DNA of 64,000 bases, taken from Parcubacteria bacterium C7867-001 (GTDB lineage: Bacteria > Patescibacteriota > Minisyncoccia > Phycocordibacterales > Phycocordibacteraceae). The DNA lies in the NCBI GenBank assembly GCA_001189095.1, contig LFCK01000001.1, positions 84,485 through 148,484 of the forward strand. The letters are read 5' to 3'. The position numbers and the translations under genes were made by a program. The notes beneath the pieces were generated by a model. It did not search any database. It was not told the origin of the DNA and was given only the letters and a program-made list of their open reading frames with translations. Position 1 is the first letter of the stretch, and each line of letters begins with the position of its first letter. Below are positions 33,747 to 42,867 of this stretch, one piece after another.

Positions 33747-34601
33747 ATGTTGAACTGGTTTGACGCGCTTTTCCTCGGAGGTCTTCAAGGTCTCACGGAA
33801 CTCTTCCCGATTTCTTCGCTTGGCCACTCGGTTCTTCTTCCATCGCTGCTCGGTCTTTCGGTCGACCAGCACGATGAGTCCTTCATCATCCTTCTGGTCG
33901 CTACGCATCTTGCGACGGCGATTGTGCTCGTCGGTTTCTTTTGGAAAGAGTACTGGAGCATGTTTCTGGGCTTCATCCGCTCAGTGAAGATGCGTCGCAT
34001 TCCGGAAGGTGACCGCTATGCGAAAATTGCGTGGCTTCTTATCGTCGCAACGGTTCCTGCAGGCTTCCTCGGCCTCCTTTTTCAGCATGACCTGAAAGAA
34101 TTCTTTGCGAGCCCAGTAGCGGTCGCACTTTTCCTTTTTGGTAACGGTATTTTGCTCTACGGCGCCGAACTTTTGCGCAAACGACACACCGATAAGGCTG
34201 AATATGGCGACGCTGATCAAGAAATTGCTCGTCTCTCCTTCCTCAAAGCCCTCGGTATCGGCTTTATGCAGGCTCTCGCGCTCTTTCCCGGCTTCTCGCG
34301 CACAGGAGCTTCGCTTGCCGGCGGCTTGCTTTCGGGTTTGACTCATTCGGCAGCGACCCGCTTCGCCTTTTTCCTCGCAACGCCGATTATTTTTGCGGCC
34401 GCCGCGCTTAAACTGCCGCAGCTTATCACCGAAGACGGGTATCCCGTTGAGGAAATTCTCGCCGCGTCCGTCATCTCTGGCTTCACTGCATATATCGCCG
34501 TTAAATTTCTTACGAAATATTTCAAAACAAATACACTCATTCCGTTTTCTATTTACTGCATTTTCGCCGGCCTTCTTTCGTTTATTGTGCTCTCCCTTTA
34601 G
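33747..34601 (+). CDS. uppP: Undecaprenyl-diphosphatase
   Basis: LTELFPISSLGHS and FSRTGASL motifs; eight TM helices. Confidence 0.85.
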   Translation: MLNWFDALFLGGLQGLTELFPISSLGHSVLLPSLLGLSVDQHDESFIILLVATHLATAIVLVGFFWKEYWSMFLGFIRSVKMRRIPEGDRYAKIAWLLIVATVPAGFLGLLFQHDLKEFFASPVAVALFLFGNGILLYGAELLRKRHTDKAEYGDADQEIARLSFLKALGIGFMQALALFPGFSRTGASLAGGLLSGLTHSAATRFAFFLATPIIFAAAALKLPQLITEDGYPVEEILAASVISGFTAYIAVKFLTKYFKTNTLIPFSIYCIFAGLLSFIVLSL

Positions 34602-34935
34602 CCGAATTTTCGTTTTTCGATCTGGCGTAACGCTTGCCTTTCACCCCTCGGATGTCGTTATTTTTTGGCGTCCGTAGAGCCTGTAGATACGCCCTCTTCT
34701 TGTCCACACCTTAGTTTGAGAAAGGCGGGTTTATCATTACCTTGTTCCCCCAGCTTTAGGCAGACAGGGAGGTGGCGACAGTCGACGATTGCGGATCCTA
34801 CGCGGCATCCGAAAAACCAAGCGACGATTGATTTGAGCGACTCCTTTCTCTGCTCGCTACGCGCGAGAGAGGTTCTTTTAGCGACTCCTTTTTTCGCGCG
34901 CAGCGGCTGACTTATAAGCCGTTATTTTTTTCAGT

Positions 34936-37899
34936 ATGAAGCAAGTCAAGAAGCGCAATGGTTCCGTCGTCGATTTCGAAGTAGTGAAGATTACCGATGC
35001 AATGCGTAAGGCGTTCAACGCCATGAGTACGCCAGTGTCCGAAGAACGTTTGTCGGACATGACACGCAATATTTTGATACATATCGAGGAACGGTTCGTT
35101 GACACCGTTCCTTCGGTGGAGCACGTGCAGGACATCGTGGAGTTGACCATCATGCAGGAAGGCTTCCACGCAGTCGCGAAGCACTACATCGTTTATCGCT
35201 ACGAGCACGCGAAGATCCGCGAAGCGAAAAAGGAGGAAGAAGTCGCAAAAATCGAGGAAGAAGGCCTCATGATCACCACGCGTGGGGGGAACAAGGTGCG
35301 CTTTGACGAGAGTCGCGTGAAAGAGACTCTGCTCCGCTTCTTGAAGGGCTATGAGGATGTGATCGACGTGAATCTGGTCATGAATCAGCTCCGTTACGAG
35401 CTCTACGAAGGCATCACGACGGACGAAATCCATCGCGGTCTCACGATGGTGGTGCGCTCGATGATCGAGCGCGATCCGGCATACTCGAAAGTTGCTGCTC
35501 GTCTCTTGCTTCACAAGATGTATGGCGATGTGTTTGGCTCCTTTGACTCAGCGAACATTAAGCAGGAGCATGTCGGTGTCTTCGAGCGCAACATCAAGGA
35601 TATGGTGGCGCGCGAGCTCCTCGACACGCGCATGCTCGAGTTCAATCTCGCCAAGCTTGCAAGCATGATGGAGCCAGATCGTGACCACCACTTCGAGTAC
35701 ATGGGCCTTGAAATCATGAGTACTCGCTACTGCCTCGAGGACCCAGAGACCAAGAAGGTGCTTGAGACTCCGCAGATGCTCTGGATGCGCATCGCCATGG
35801 GTACGGCGCTTAACGAGAAGCCGGAAGATCGCGAACGCGTTGCACTCGACTTCTATGATGTGCTCAGCAATTTCTATTACACGCCGGGCGGACGCACGCT
35901 CTTCCAAGCGGGCGCAAAGAAAGCGCAGCTTTCTAACTGCTTCCTCAACACGGTGCCGGACTCGCTTGATTCGATCTTCAAGGCAATTTCCGACAACGCG
36001 CAATACCTCAAGTGGTCAGGCGGTACCGGAACGGACTGGACTCCACTACGCGCTACAGGTGCCTTCATCAAGGGCACTGGTGTGCCGAGCCAGGGCATCG
36101 TGCCGTTCCTCAAGATTGCGAACGATGTGAACCTCGCCATAAACCGCTCAGGTAAGCGCCGTGGCGCCGGCTGCGTGTACCTTGAGACGTGGCACATGGA
36201 CATCGAGGACTTCCTCGAACTCCGTAAGAACACGGGCGACGAGCGCCGTCGCACGCACGACATCAATACCGCGAACTGGATTCCGGACCTCTTCATGAAG
36301 CGCGTTCGCGACAATAAGGAGTGGACGCTCTTCTCGCCAGACGAAGTGCCCGATCTCCATGAAATTTATGGTCGCGCATTCGAAGAGAAATACGTGCAGT
36401 ACGAAAAAATGGCAGAAGAGGGCAAGATTAAGCTCTACAAGAAAATTCCAGCAATTGACCTCTGGAAGAAAATGCTCGCGATGCTTTTCGAAACCGGTCA
36501 CCCGTGGATCACGTGGAAGGATCCTTCGAACGTTCGTTCGCCGCAGGATCACGCAGGCGTCGTGCACAACTCAAACCTCTGCACAGAAATCACCCTCAAC
36601 ACGAACGCAGAAGAGACTGCCGTCTGCACCATCGGTTCGCTTAACTTCGCGAAGTTCGTAGTGAATGGAAAGTTCGATGAGCAGCTCGTTGCCCGCGTGA
36701 CCCGCTCAGCTATTCGCATGCTCGACAACATCATCGACCTCAACTACTACCCAACGGAAGATGCGCGTCGCGGCAACATGCGCCATCGCCCAGTCGGTCT
36801 CGGCGTACGCGGTTATCATGATGCGCTCTACACCCTCGGCATCGACTTCGACTCGCAGGAGGCGGTCGCCTTCGCGAACGAAAGCATGGAAGTCATGGCG
36901 TACTACGCTATTCTCGCGTCGTCCGAGCTCGCAAAGGAGCGCGGTACGTATGAGACGTATAAGGGAAGTAAGTGGGACCGCGGCATCATGCCGCAGGACA
37001 CCATTGCGCTTCTTGCTGCTGAGCGCGGCGAAGAAATCCGCGTACACCTTGGCGGCAAGCTCGACTGGGCTCCGGTAAGGAATCACGTGAAGGAATACGG
37101 CATGCGCAACTCCAACACGATGGCTATCGCGCCAACCGCCTCGACTGCAAACCTCGTGGGCTGCATCCCGTGCGTTGAGCCTATCTACAAGAACATCTAC
37201 GTGAAATCGAACAAGGAAGGTGAGTTCATCGTCGTGAACAAATACCTCATCGAAGACCTCAAGAAGCTGGGTCTCTGGACGGAAGACATGCTCAACAAAA
37301 TTAAGCATGCCGACGGTTCGGTGCAGAGCATTGCGGAGATTCCGGAACACATTCGCCGTAAGTACAAGGAAGTCTTCGAAATTGACTCGCGCTGGCTCAT
37401 CGAAGCAGCTGCAGAACGCGGCAAGTGGATCGACCAGTCACAGTCTTTGAACATCTTCTTCAACGGCACGAGCGGGAAGGAGCTCTCTGACATCTACTTC
37501 TTCGCATGGCAGAAGGGTCTCAAGACGACCTATTACCTACGTACGCTCGGAGCCTCGCAGGTGGAGAAGGCAACGGTTTCGACAGCGGAATACGGTTCGA
37601 GCCACACTCGCGGTCAGGAGAGCTCGGTCATCGCGATGGCAGCAATCGCTGAGATAAAGGAATCCATCGCCCAGCCAGACGCGGTAGCAATTCCAGCAAT
37701 GGCCATGGCTACTTCTCCGGTCACCATGTCACCAAATCCGACTCCCGTAGTCTCAGCACCCGTTACGGCCTCGGCGTCGCCCATGATGATGGCTTCAGGT
37801 GCTCCGGTGCCGTCCATGACGACCGCTGAGCTCGCTGCAAAGCTTGCACGCGTGGCGGCAGGAGAAGAGGCAGGTATCTGCGAAAGCTGCGAAGCCTAA
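34936..37899 (+). CDS. nrdA: Ribonucleoside-diphosphate reductase alpha subunit (class I) with N-terminal ATP-cone and ~100-aa Ala/Pro/Met-rich C-terminal extension ending CESCEA
   Basis: ATP-cone VKKRNGSVVDFEVVKI; catalytic NLCTEI; C-terminal redox Cys pair. Confidence 0.9.
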   Translation: MKQVKKRNGSVVDFEVVKITDAMRKAFNAMSTPVSEERLSDMTRNILIHIEERFVDTVPSVEHVQDIVELTIMQEGFHAVAKHYIVYRYEHAKIREAKKEEEVAKIEEEGLMITTRGGNKVRFDESRVKETLLRFLKGYEDVIDVNLVMNQLRYELYEGITTDEIHRGLTMVVRSMIERDPAYSKVAARLLLHKMYGDVFGSFDSANIKQEHVGVFERNIKDMVARELLDTRMLEFNLAKLASMMEPDRDHHFEYMGLEIMSTRYCLEDPETKKVLETPQMLWMRIAMGTALNEKPEDRERVALDFYDVLSNFYYTPGGRTLFQAGAKKAQLSNCFLNTVPDSLDSIFKAISDNAQYLKWSGGTGTDWTPLRATGAFIKGTGVPSQGIVPFLKIANDVNLAINRSGKRRGAGCVYLETWHMDIEDFLELRKNTGDERRRTHDINTANWIPDLFMKRVRDNKEWTLFSPDEVPDLHEIYGRAFEEKYVQYEKMAEEGKIKLYKKIPAIDLWKKMLAMLFETGHPWITWKDPSNVRSPQDHAGVVHNSNLCTEITLNTNAEETAVCTIGSLNFAKFVVNGKFDEQLVARVTRSAIRMLDNIIDLNYYPTEDARRGNMRHRPVGLGVRGYHDALYTLGIDFDSQEAVAFANESMEVMAYYAILASSELAKERGTYETYKGSKWDRGIMPQDTIALLAAERGEEIRVHLGGKLDWAPVRNHVKEYGMRNSNTMAIAPTASTANLVGCIPCVEPIYKNIYVKSNKEGEFIVVNKYLIEDLKKLGLWTEDMLNKIKHADGSVQSIAEIPEHIRRKYKEVFEIDSRWLIEAAAERGKWIDQSQSLNIFFNGTSGKELSDIYFFAWQKGLKTTYYLRTLGASQVEKATVSTAEYGSSHTRGQESSVIAMAAIAEIKESIAQPDAVAIPAMAMATSPVTMSPNPTPVVSAPVTASASPMMMASGAPVPSMTTAELAAKLARVAAGEEAGICESCEA

Positions 37900-37911
37900 T
37901 TCGCTAAAAAG

Positions 37912-37945
37912 TAAAAAGGCCTCACGCTTGTGAGGCCTTTTTACT
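37912..37945. terminator. Intrinsic terminator after nrdA
   Basis: AAAAAGGCCTCAC-GCTT-GTGAGGCCTTTTTAC. Confidence 0.65.
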
Positions 37946-37994
37946 TCGCTTGAAGTTGTGTAGTAGGGGAAAGTTATACACAGGTTATGCACAA

Positions 37995-38024
37995 TTGTGT
38001 GGTATATACACAACTTTGTATACT
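37995..38024 (+). promoter_or_regulatory. Candidate lexA promoter TTGTGT-18-TATACT, probably leaderless, overlapped by palindromes (CACAATTGTG, GTATATAC) and a TATACACA direct repeat
   Basis: The -10 element ends 6 nt before the ATG at 38031. Palindromes and repeats lie in 37975-38024. Confidence 0.3.
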
Positions 38025-38030
38025 TTTCAC

Positions 38031-38720
38031 ATGATAGGGAATCAACTTCTGACACCGGCACAGAGTGAGACTCTTTTATACATAAAGCAGTATGTGAAAA
38101 AGAATGCGCAGCCACCAACCATGACGGAGTTGCGTACGGGATTGAAACTTCGCTCGTTGCGCAGTGTGATGCAGCGCATCGAGGCTCTTGAAAGGAAAGC
38201 GTTTCTCAAGCGCAACAAATTTCAGCACCGAAGCATCATGCTTCTTGAAAATGCGGACTACCTTTCTGACTCAGGATTCATCGAGGTACCCGTCATCGCG
38301 AGTGCTGGTTGCGACGCCATGGATGTGTATGCGCAGGACGAATTCGGTGAATTCATCACGATTGATAAGAAGCTCGTCGGCGACAAGAGCAATATTGCCG
38401 CGATTCGTGCGGTCGGTGACAGCATGGAGGACGCAGGTATCAGAAGCGGGGATTATGTAGTGGTCGAAGTAACCGAAAGCGTTACAGGTGGCGATCGGGT
38501 GGTCGCAATCGTCGGGAATATGGCCGTCATTAAGCGCTACAGCAATCAAGACGGAATCGTGGTGCTCCATCCAGAAAACAAGGATGCAGGCTATAACCCA
38601 ATCGTCGTTCGACAGGAGGATTCAAGGATTTTTGGGAAGGTGCTTTCCATTATTCCCGGCCGCGAGTGGGTGGATGATATTAAAATCGAGTACTATGACG
38701 GCTTCGCACCCACACGCTAA
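38031..38720 (+). CDS. lexA: LexA repressor (wHTH plus S24 peptidase)
   Basis: AVGDSMEDAGIRSGDYVVVE (catalytic Ser) and VIKRY (Lys). Start MIGNQLLTPAQ; the track's longer start at 37950 lies in the promoter region. Confidence 0.8.
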   Translation: MIGNQLLTPAQSETLLYIKQYVKKNAQPPTMTELRTGLKLRSLRSVMQRIEALERKAFLKRNKFQHRSIMLLENADYLSDSGFIEVPVIASAGCDAMDVYAQDEFGEFITIDKKLVGDKSNIAAIRAVGDSMEDAGIRSGDYVVVEVTESVTGGDRVVAIVGNMAVIKRYSNQDGIVVLHPENKDAGYNPIVVRQEDSRIFGKVLSIIPGREWVDDIKIEYYDGFAPTR

Positions 38721-38732
38721 CGTTCGTTAAGA

Positions 38733-38765
38733 AAAAGGCCGGCGCTTTGCGCCGGCCTTTTGGGA
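38733..38765. terminator. Bidirectional intrinsic terminator (GGCCGGCGC-TTTG-GCGCCGGCC)
   Basis: Same stem as the terminators at 4135 and 4661, in inverted orientation, flanked by A-run and T-run. Confidence 0.65.
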
Positions 38766-38767
38766 AC

Positions 38768-39127
38768 CTAGTAGGTCCAATGCTTGCCGTAGTTTTTGTC
38801 GCGTTCCCGCAGTTCGTTCGTAAGCCCATTGAAGAGCTCGAATCTGCGTTGCGGGCCGGTGACGCGCGTGCCGGAAAGGCAGACGGCGCCGGAAACGCGA
38901 TGCTTTTTCTTCGGCGCATCGGCGTCTTGGTCCTTGTCGCGAGAATGGTCGCCATAGAAGCTTTTGGGCTCCCCGACCGAACTTGTCTGTCCGAAGACTT
39001 CGCACGTTTGTCCATCGGGCGAAGCCCAAATGGGGAATTCGACGGTCTTTGCGGAGGCTTGTGCACTTGCGCACACAAGGCCAGCTGCGCATATCGCGAG
39101 CATTCCCGCGAGTCGTTTCAGATGCAT
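38768..39127 (-). CDS. Small secreted protein, hypothetical
   Basis: Signal peptide MHLKRLAGMLAICAAGLVCASAQASA. Confidence 0.5.
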   Translation of the reverse strand: MHLKRLAGMLAICAAGLVCASAQASAKTVEFPIWASPDGQTCEVFGQTSSVGEPKSFYGDHSRDKDQDADAPKKKHRVSGAVCLSGTRVTGPQRRFELFNGLTNELRERDKNYGKHWTY

Positions 39128-39320
39128 GATTTACTCCTGTACTGAAGACTTTTTGCACCATACTAGGAAAATAGGTCTCAGTCAATTAGAGGCTCTCAGA
39201 GCGAGCAAATAAGCCATCGTTTGGTGGGAAATGGATGATTATGACACGGAAAGTTATGCACTTGCTTCATGGGGACGCAGCCGTGAAAATGTAAGTCCAT
39301 TAGCACTAACAGGAGAGTAT

Positions 39321-40355
39321 ATGCCGATTACCAAAGGGGCCTCATTCGTGGATATCAATAAGCGTCGCATCATCAACGGCGCGGACGCAGACGTGATGCA
39401 GCTCTATCCGATGCGTCACAAATTTGCATGGGACGCGTATCTCGCAAGTAACGCGAACCACTGGCTTCCGACCGAAATCTCGATGCAGCGCGACATCGAG
39501 CAGTGGAAGAGTCCGACGGCACTTACCGACGATGAGCACAAAGCGTTTGAGACCGTGCTCGGCTTCTTCACGACCGCAGACTCCATTGCGGCGAACAATG
39601 TGGTACTCGCGTTCTATCGGCATATCACGAGTCCTGAAGTTCGCATGTATCTCCTTCGTCAGGGATACGAAGAGGCAATTCACACGCACGCCTACCAGTA
39701 CATCGTCGAGTCGCTCGGCATGGACGAAAGCCGCATCTTCAACATGTATCGCGAAGTCGAGGCGATCTACAACAAGGACAGTATGATTCTTTCCTTGAAC
39801 GAAGGCGTCTTCGACCCGAATTTCAAGACGGGCACCTTTGAGAACGATCAGAAGTTCCTCGAGAACATGATTGTCTTCTCGCTCATCATGGAAGGTATCT
39901 TCTTCTACTCCTCGTTCGCCGTCATGTTCGGCTTCCAGCGCCAGAACAAGCTCACGGGTTCGGCAGAGCAAATCCAGTACATCATGCGCGACGAGTCCAT
40001 GCATCTCAACATGGGCATCAACATGATCAACGCCATTAAGGAAGAGCAGCCAGAACTCTGGACGCCGGCCTTCCAGCAGCATGTGATTGATCTCGTGAAG
40101 CGTGCCGTGGTGCTTGAGTACACCTTTGCGCAGACGGTCTTCCCGAAGGGCATCTTCGGTATGAACGCCGACGGCTTCAAGCAGTACATCGAGTACATCG
40201 CGGACCGCCGCCTCGAACGCGTCGGGCTTCCTCCGCAGTACAATGTCGAAAATCCGTTCACATGGATGAGTGAAGCAGTGGACCTCAATAAAGAAAAGAA
40301 CTTCTTCGAGACCCGCGTTACGGAATACAAGACGGGCGGTACGCTTAATTGGTAG
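39321..40355 (+). CDS. nrdB: Ribonucleoside-diphosphate reductase beta subunit
   Basis: Di-iron ligand helices EAIHTHAYQY and ESMHLN...; AGGAGAG RBS before the ATG at 39321. Confidence 0.85.
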   Translation: MPITKGASFVDINKRRIINGADADVMQLYPMRHKFAWDAYLASNANHWLPTEISMQRDIEQWKSPTALTDDEHKAFETVLGFFTTADSIAANNVVLAFYRHITSPEVRMYLLRQGYEEAIHTHAYQYIVESLGMDESRIFNMYREVEAIYNKDSMILSLNEGVFDPNFKTGTFENDQKFLENMIVFSLIMEGIFFYSSFAVMFGFQRQNKLTGSAEQIQYIMRDESMHLNMGINMINAIKEEQPELWTPAFQQHVIDLVKRAVVLEYTFAQTVFPKGIFGMNADGFKQYIEYIADRRLERVGLPPQYNVENPFTWMSEAVDLNKEKNFFETRVTEYKTGGTLNW

Positions 40356-40423
40356 CAATCCGTTAAAACGAGGATTGAAGATTAGAAAAAAGGAAAGCGC
40401 CGACCAAAGGTTGGCGCATTTTC

Positions 40424-40633
40424 TTAATCTTTGTTGCCATAGAACGCTTCGTCGGAACGTGCTGCAGCTTCATAGCGAGCCTTAGCGACGTCTGGATCGA
40501 CAGGGAAGCAGTACTTTACGGCGCCCATGAATACGAGACCGAGAAGGCACCAAGGGTTGTGAAAGAGGTAGAGGGCGTAGCCGACAGTTCCCGCAACACC
40601 CAAGGCCACCGTAGTGGCAGGAAGGTACTTCAT
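40424..40633 (-). CDS. Small membrane protein, hypothetical
   Basis: Start MKYLPATT; two TM helices. Confidence 0.35.
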   Translation of the reverse strand: MKYLPATTVALGVAGTVGYALYLFHNPWCLLGLVFMGAVKYCFPVDPDVAKARYEAAARSDEAFYGNKD

Positions 40634-40738
40634 GTGAGCGTTCCTTTCGTTGGATTCGCTCGCCTGCACAGTAGCATGTGAATAGTAGTGTTTCAATAAA
40701 ACAAAAAACCGGCTCCCCGAAGGGGAGCCGGTTTGGCG

Positions 40739-41479
40739 TTAGGCGTCCGCTTTCGCGAGTTCCGCCTCACTGTTTGCCGCTTCGCTTGTGCGGAGTGCGT
40801 GAAGAGCTTCTTCGAGCTTTGCTTTTCGCTCGCTCGAACCAAGCATGTCTTTTGCGTGTTTCGGGCAATACGCGAGCAGGGACTTTCCGAAGGACAGATG
40901 ACTTGTTTGCGTTTTTTTCTCCTTGCCCACAAGTTCGTTAATCGAGTCTGCGTTACAGAAGAAGTCCTTTGCCGGATTCTTCGGGTTCGGATACATGAAT
41001 GGACACTTACCATCGATGTGATCGATACCTTCCTTCGAAGTGTCGTCACCCGGCGAAAGGACGATCGGCGCTGGTTCGGATCGAACCAGCGGTTTTTTTA
41101 CCTCCGCGGGAGGTACTTTTTTCGGGTTCGTGAAGTCGAACCGAGTTTGCGCCTTTGGCGGTGGCTTGTCTGGTTTCTTCGGCTTTTTCGGTTTACCGTA
41201 GCTCGGATTATTCTTCCGAATCTCGATATTGTTCTGAATGATTCGTTCCTGCGCCGGCGAGCACACCTTCTGAATGATTCCGCGGTTCCAGAGTCCGGAG
41301 ACGGCCGAATTGGTCATTGGTATGCCACGCCTGGTCATTTCCTTCCCGACCTTGCTGAAGGCCATGCTGGGAATCAGCAACAAGTCACGTATGTCTTCCA
41401 GATTTTTTTGAGAGTATTCATTCGGGGCAGACATTGCAATCCCTTTCAGAGAACACCGCACGAGGCGGTCCTGCGGCAA
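40739..41479 (-). CDS. GcrA-like regulator (N-terminal HTH, conserved C-terminal Cys motif)
   Basis: N-terminus ...GIPMTNSAVSGLWNRGII resembles the GcrA HTH. C-terminus GKCPFMYPNPKNPAKDFFCNADS resembles the GcrA C.WP.GDP...F.FCG signature. Central Lys/Pro-rich linker. Confidence 0.45.
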   Translation of the reverse strand: MPQDRLVRCSLKGIAMSAPNEYSQKNLEDIRDLLLIPSMAFSKVGKEMTRRGIPMTNSAVSGLWNRGIIQKVCSPAQERIIQNNIEIRKNNPSYGKPKKPKKPDKPPPKAQTRFDFTNPKKVPPAEVKKPLVRSEPAPIVLSPGDDTSKEGIDHIDGKCPFMYPNPKNPAKDFFCNADSINELVGKEKKTQTSHLSFGKSLLAYCPKHAKDMLGSSERKAKLEEALHALRTSEAANSEAELAKADA

Positions 41480-41516
41480 TCCTAGCGCAGGCGATACGGG
41501 CTGTCTATAAACGGGC

Positions 41517-41551
41517 GGGGAGGTCGTGGCAGGCTATGCCACGACCTCCCC
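41517..41551. terminator. Strong hairpin (14-bp perfect stem GGGGAGGTCGTGGC/GCCACGACCTCCCC); probable terminator of the HK/RR operon
   Basis: Lies ~130 bp downstream of the histidine kinase stop; weak U-tract on the minus strand. Confidence 0.4.
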
Positions 41552-41679
41552 GAATCAAAAGCTTAATTCCTGCAGATGCGTTTTCCGCCCTCTCGACGGG
41601 TCCCCGCGCGTCCGTGTTACGACTTTTGTACTCATGCCGCCCAAGCTTACGCTCGGGTCCGTGAAGGTCGGATGAACTA

Positions 41680-42867
41680 CTAGGACGGGAGGGTGCCGCT
41701 ATAGTCCATCCGTATTTCAGGGCGCTCCGGCTCGAGCTTGGTGCGGGTTTCCTCCGTATCGACCGAGCGTCCGCAGGGAAGCGAAATGCTTACGGTCGTC
41801 CCGTCGTTCTTTGCGCTCTTTATCACGATATGGCCGTGGTGGAGTTTTACGAGCTCGCTCACGATGGCGAGTCCGAGCCCGCTGCCGCCGCTCTTCCTCG
41901 CGCGAGACTGGTCCGCACGGTAGAACGGTTCGAAGATGTGGGCAAGGTCTTTTTCCGCGATGCCGATGCCTTTGTCCTCGATGGATAGCATGATGTGTCC
42001 ACGATAATCGGGTTCGATGGTAACGCGGATGATGCTGCCGTTTGCGCTGTAGGTGGCGGCGTTGCGGATGACGTTCATGACTATTTGCTCGAGTGCCGTT
42101 GCATTGCCCCAGACTTCTTTGTAGCCGTTTGCCTGCACCGAGACCGTGAGGTTCTTGCGGTCGATCAAATGCGTTAGGTGGCGCAACATTCGGTCGACGA
42201 CGTGGCCGAGGTCGACATTGGTGAACGGGATCTTCTCAGGCCGCACCAGCACATTGAGCGAGAGCAAGTTGTTGATGATGTCCGAAATGCGGTCCAGCTC
42301 TTCGAGGTTGTCGTTGTGCATTTCGCGGGCAGCTTTCGTTACGTCCGCGTCGAGAAGGCGTACCTCGGTGTTCGTTTTGATTATTGAAAGCGGAGTACGG
42401 AGCTCGTGGGCAATGTTCCCGATGAACTGTTTCTGCGCTTCAAGCGCATTTTTCGTCGGTGCGAGCGCGAGCCGCGTCATGAGATAGCCGAAGATTGCCG
42501 TGATAGCGGCGATACCCGCTGAGATAAGCACGAGTCCGCGAGTCTTCAGGTCTTCGACGTTCGCCGCGATGAGCACGCTCGAGCTTGTGCTCTGCGGATC
42601 GGGGTTCGGTGAAACAAGGTTGTTGGCGATGCCGGTAATGATTTCCGAGGAGACGTTCGCGTAGAGGATGTCGAAGCCTTCGCCGACGAGCGCGAGAATG
42701 ATGATGGTATAGAGGATCTGGAGCAGAACGACGTTCAGCTCCGTCCGAAAGAAAGGATCGTATCGGTATTTACGTACGAAGCCGATACCCGATGCCCCGA
42801 ACTGTTTCGAGTATCCCCGGAGCGCCTGCGTCAGCGAGTTTTCGTCTGAGGTTTTTGACATGGACAT
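41680..42867 (-). CDS. Sensor histidine kinase (HisKA + HATPase_c); start uncertain, as the ORF overlaps the response regulator by ~98 nt
   Basis: H-box IGNIAHELRTPLS, N-box and G-boxes; two TM helices. Confidence 0.8.
   Translation of the reverse strand: MSMSKTSDENSLTQALRGYSKQFGASGIGFVRKYRYDPFFRTELNVVLLQILYTIIILALVGEGFDILYANVSSEIITGIANNLVSPNPDPQSTSSSVLIAANVEDLKTRGLVLISAGIAAITAIFGYLMTRLALAPTKNALEAQKQFIGNIAHELRTPLSIIKTNTEVRLLDADVTKAAREMHNDNLEELDRISDIINNLLSLNVLVRPEKIPFTNVDLGHVVDRMLRHLTHLIDRKNLTVSVQANGYKEVWGNATALEQIVMNVIRNAATYSANGSIIRVTIEPDYRGHIMLSIEDKGIGIAEKDLAHIFEPFYRADQSRARKSGGSGLGLAIVSELVKLHHGHIVIKSAKNDGTTVSISLPCGRSVDTEETRTKLEPERPEIRMDYSGTLPS

Noticed and set aside
33052-34822. Shared 13-mer AAAAACCAAGCGA between the IR element and the nrdA leader
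   Set aside because: A single shared 13-mer is expected by chance in 64 kb (about 30 pairs expected); not treated as a repeat family.
34602-34935. Cobalamin riboswitch or NrdR box in the nrdA leader
   Set aside because: No GCCACTG B12-box and no tandem 16-bp NrdR palindromes found by eye; kept only as an unexplained long leader.
39342-40358. 338-aa minus-strand ORF
   Set aside because: Antisense to nrdB (clear di-iron motifs on the + strand).
41069-41100. tRNA-like GGTTCGGATCGAACC / terminator-like hairpin plus T7
   Set aside because: It lies inside the GcrA-like CDS (encodes KPLVRSEP). There is no cloverleaf context, and no gene upstream on the + strand for it to terminate.
41434-41664. 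76-aa + ORF in the HK/GcrA spacer; possible small RNA
   Set aside because: Low-complexity translation. I could not match the region to tmRNA, SRP, RNase P or 6S consensus; only the strong hairpin at 41517-41551 is kept.
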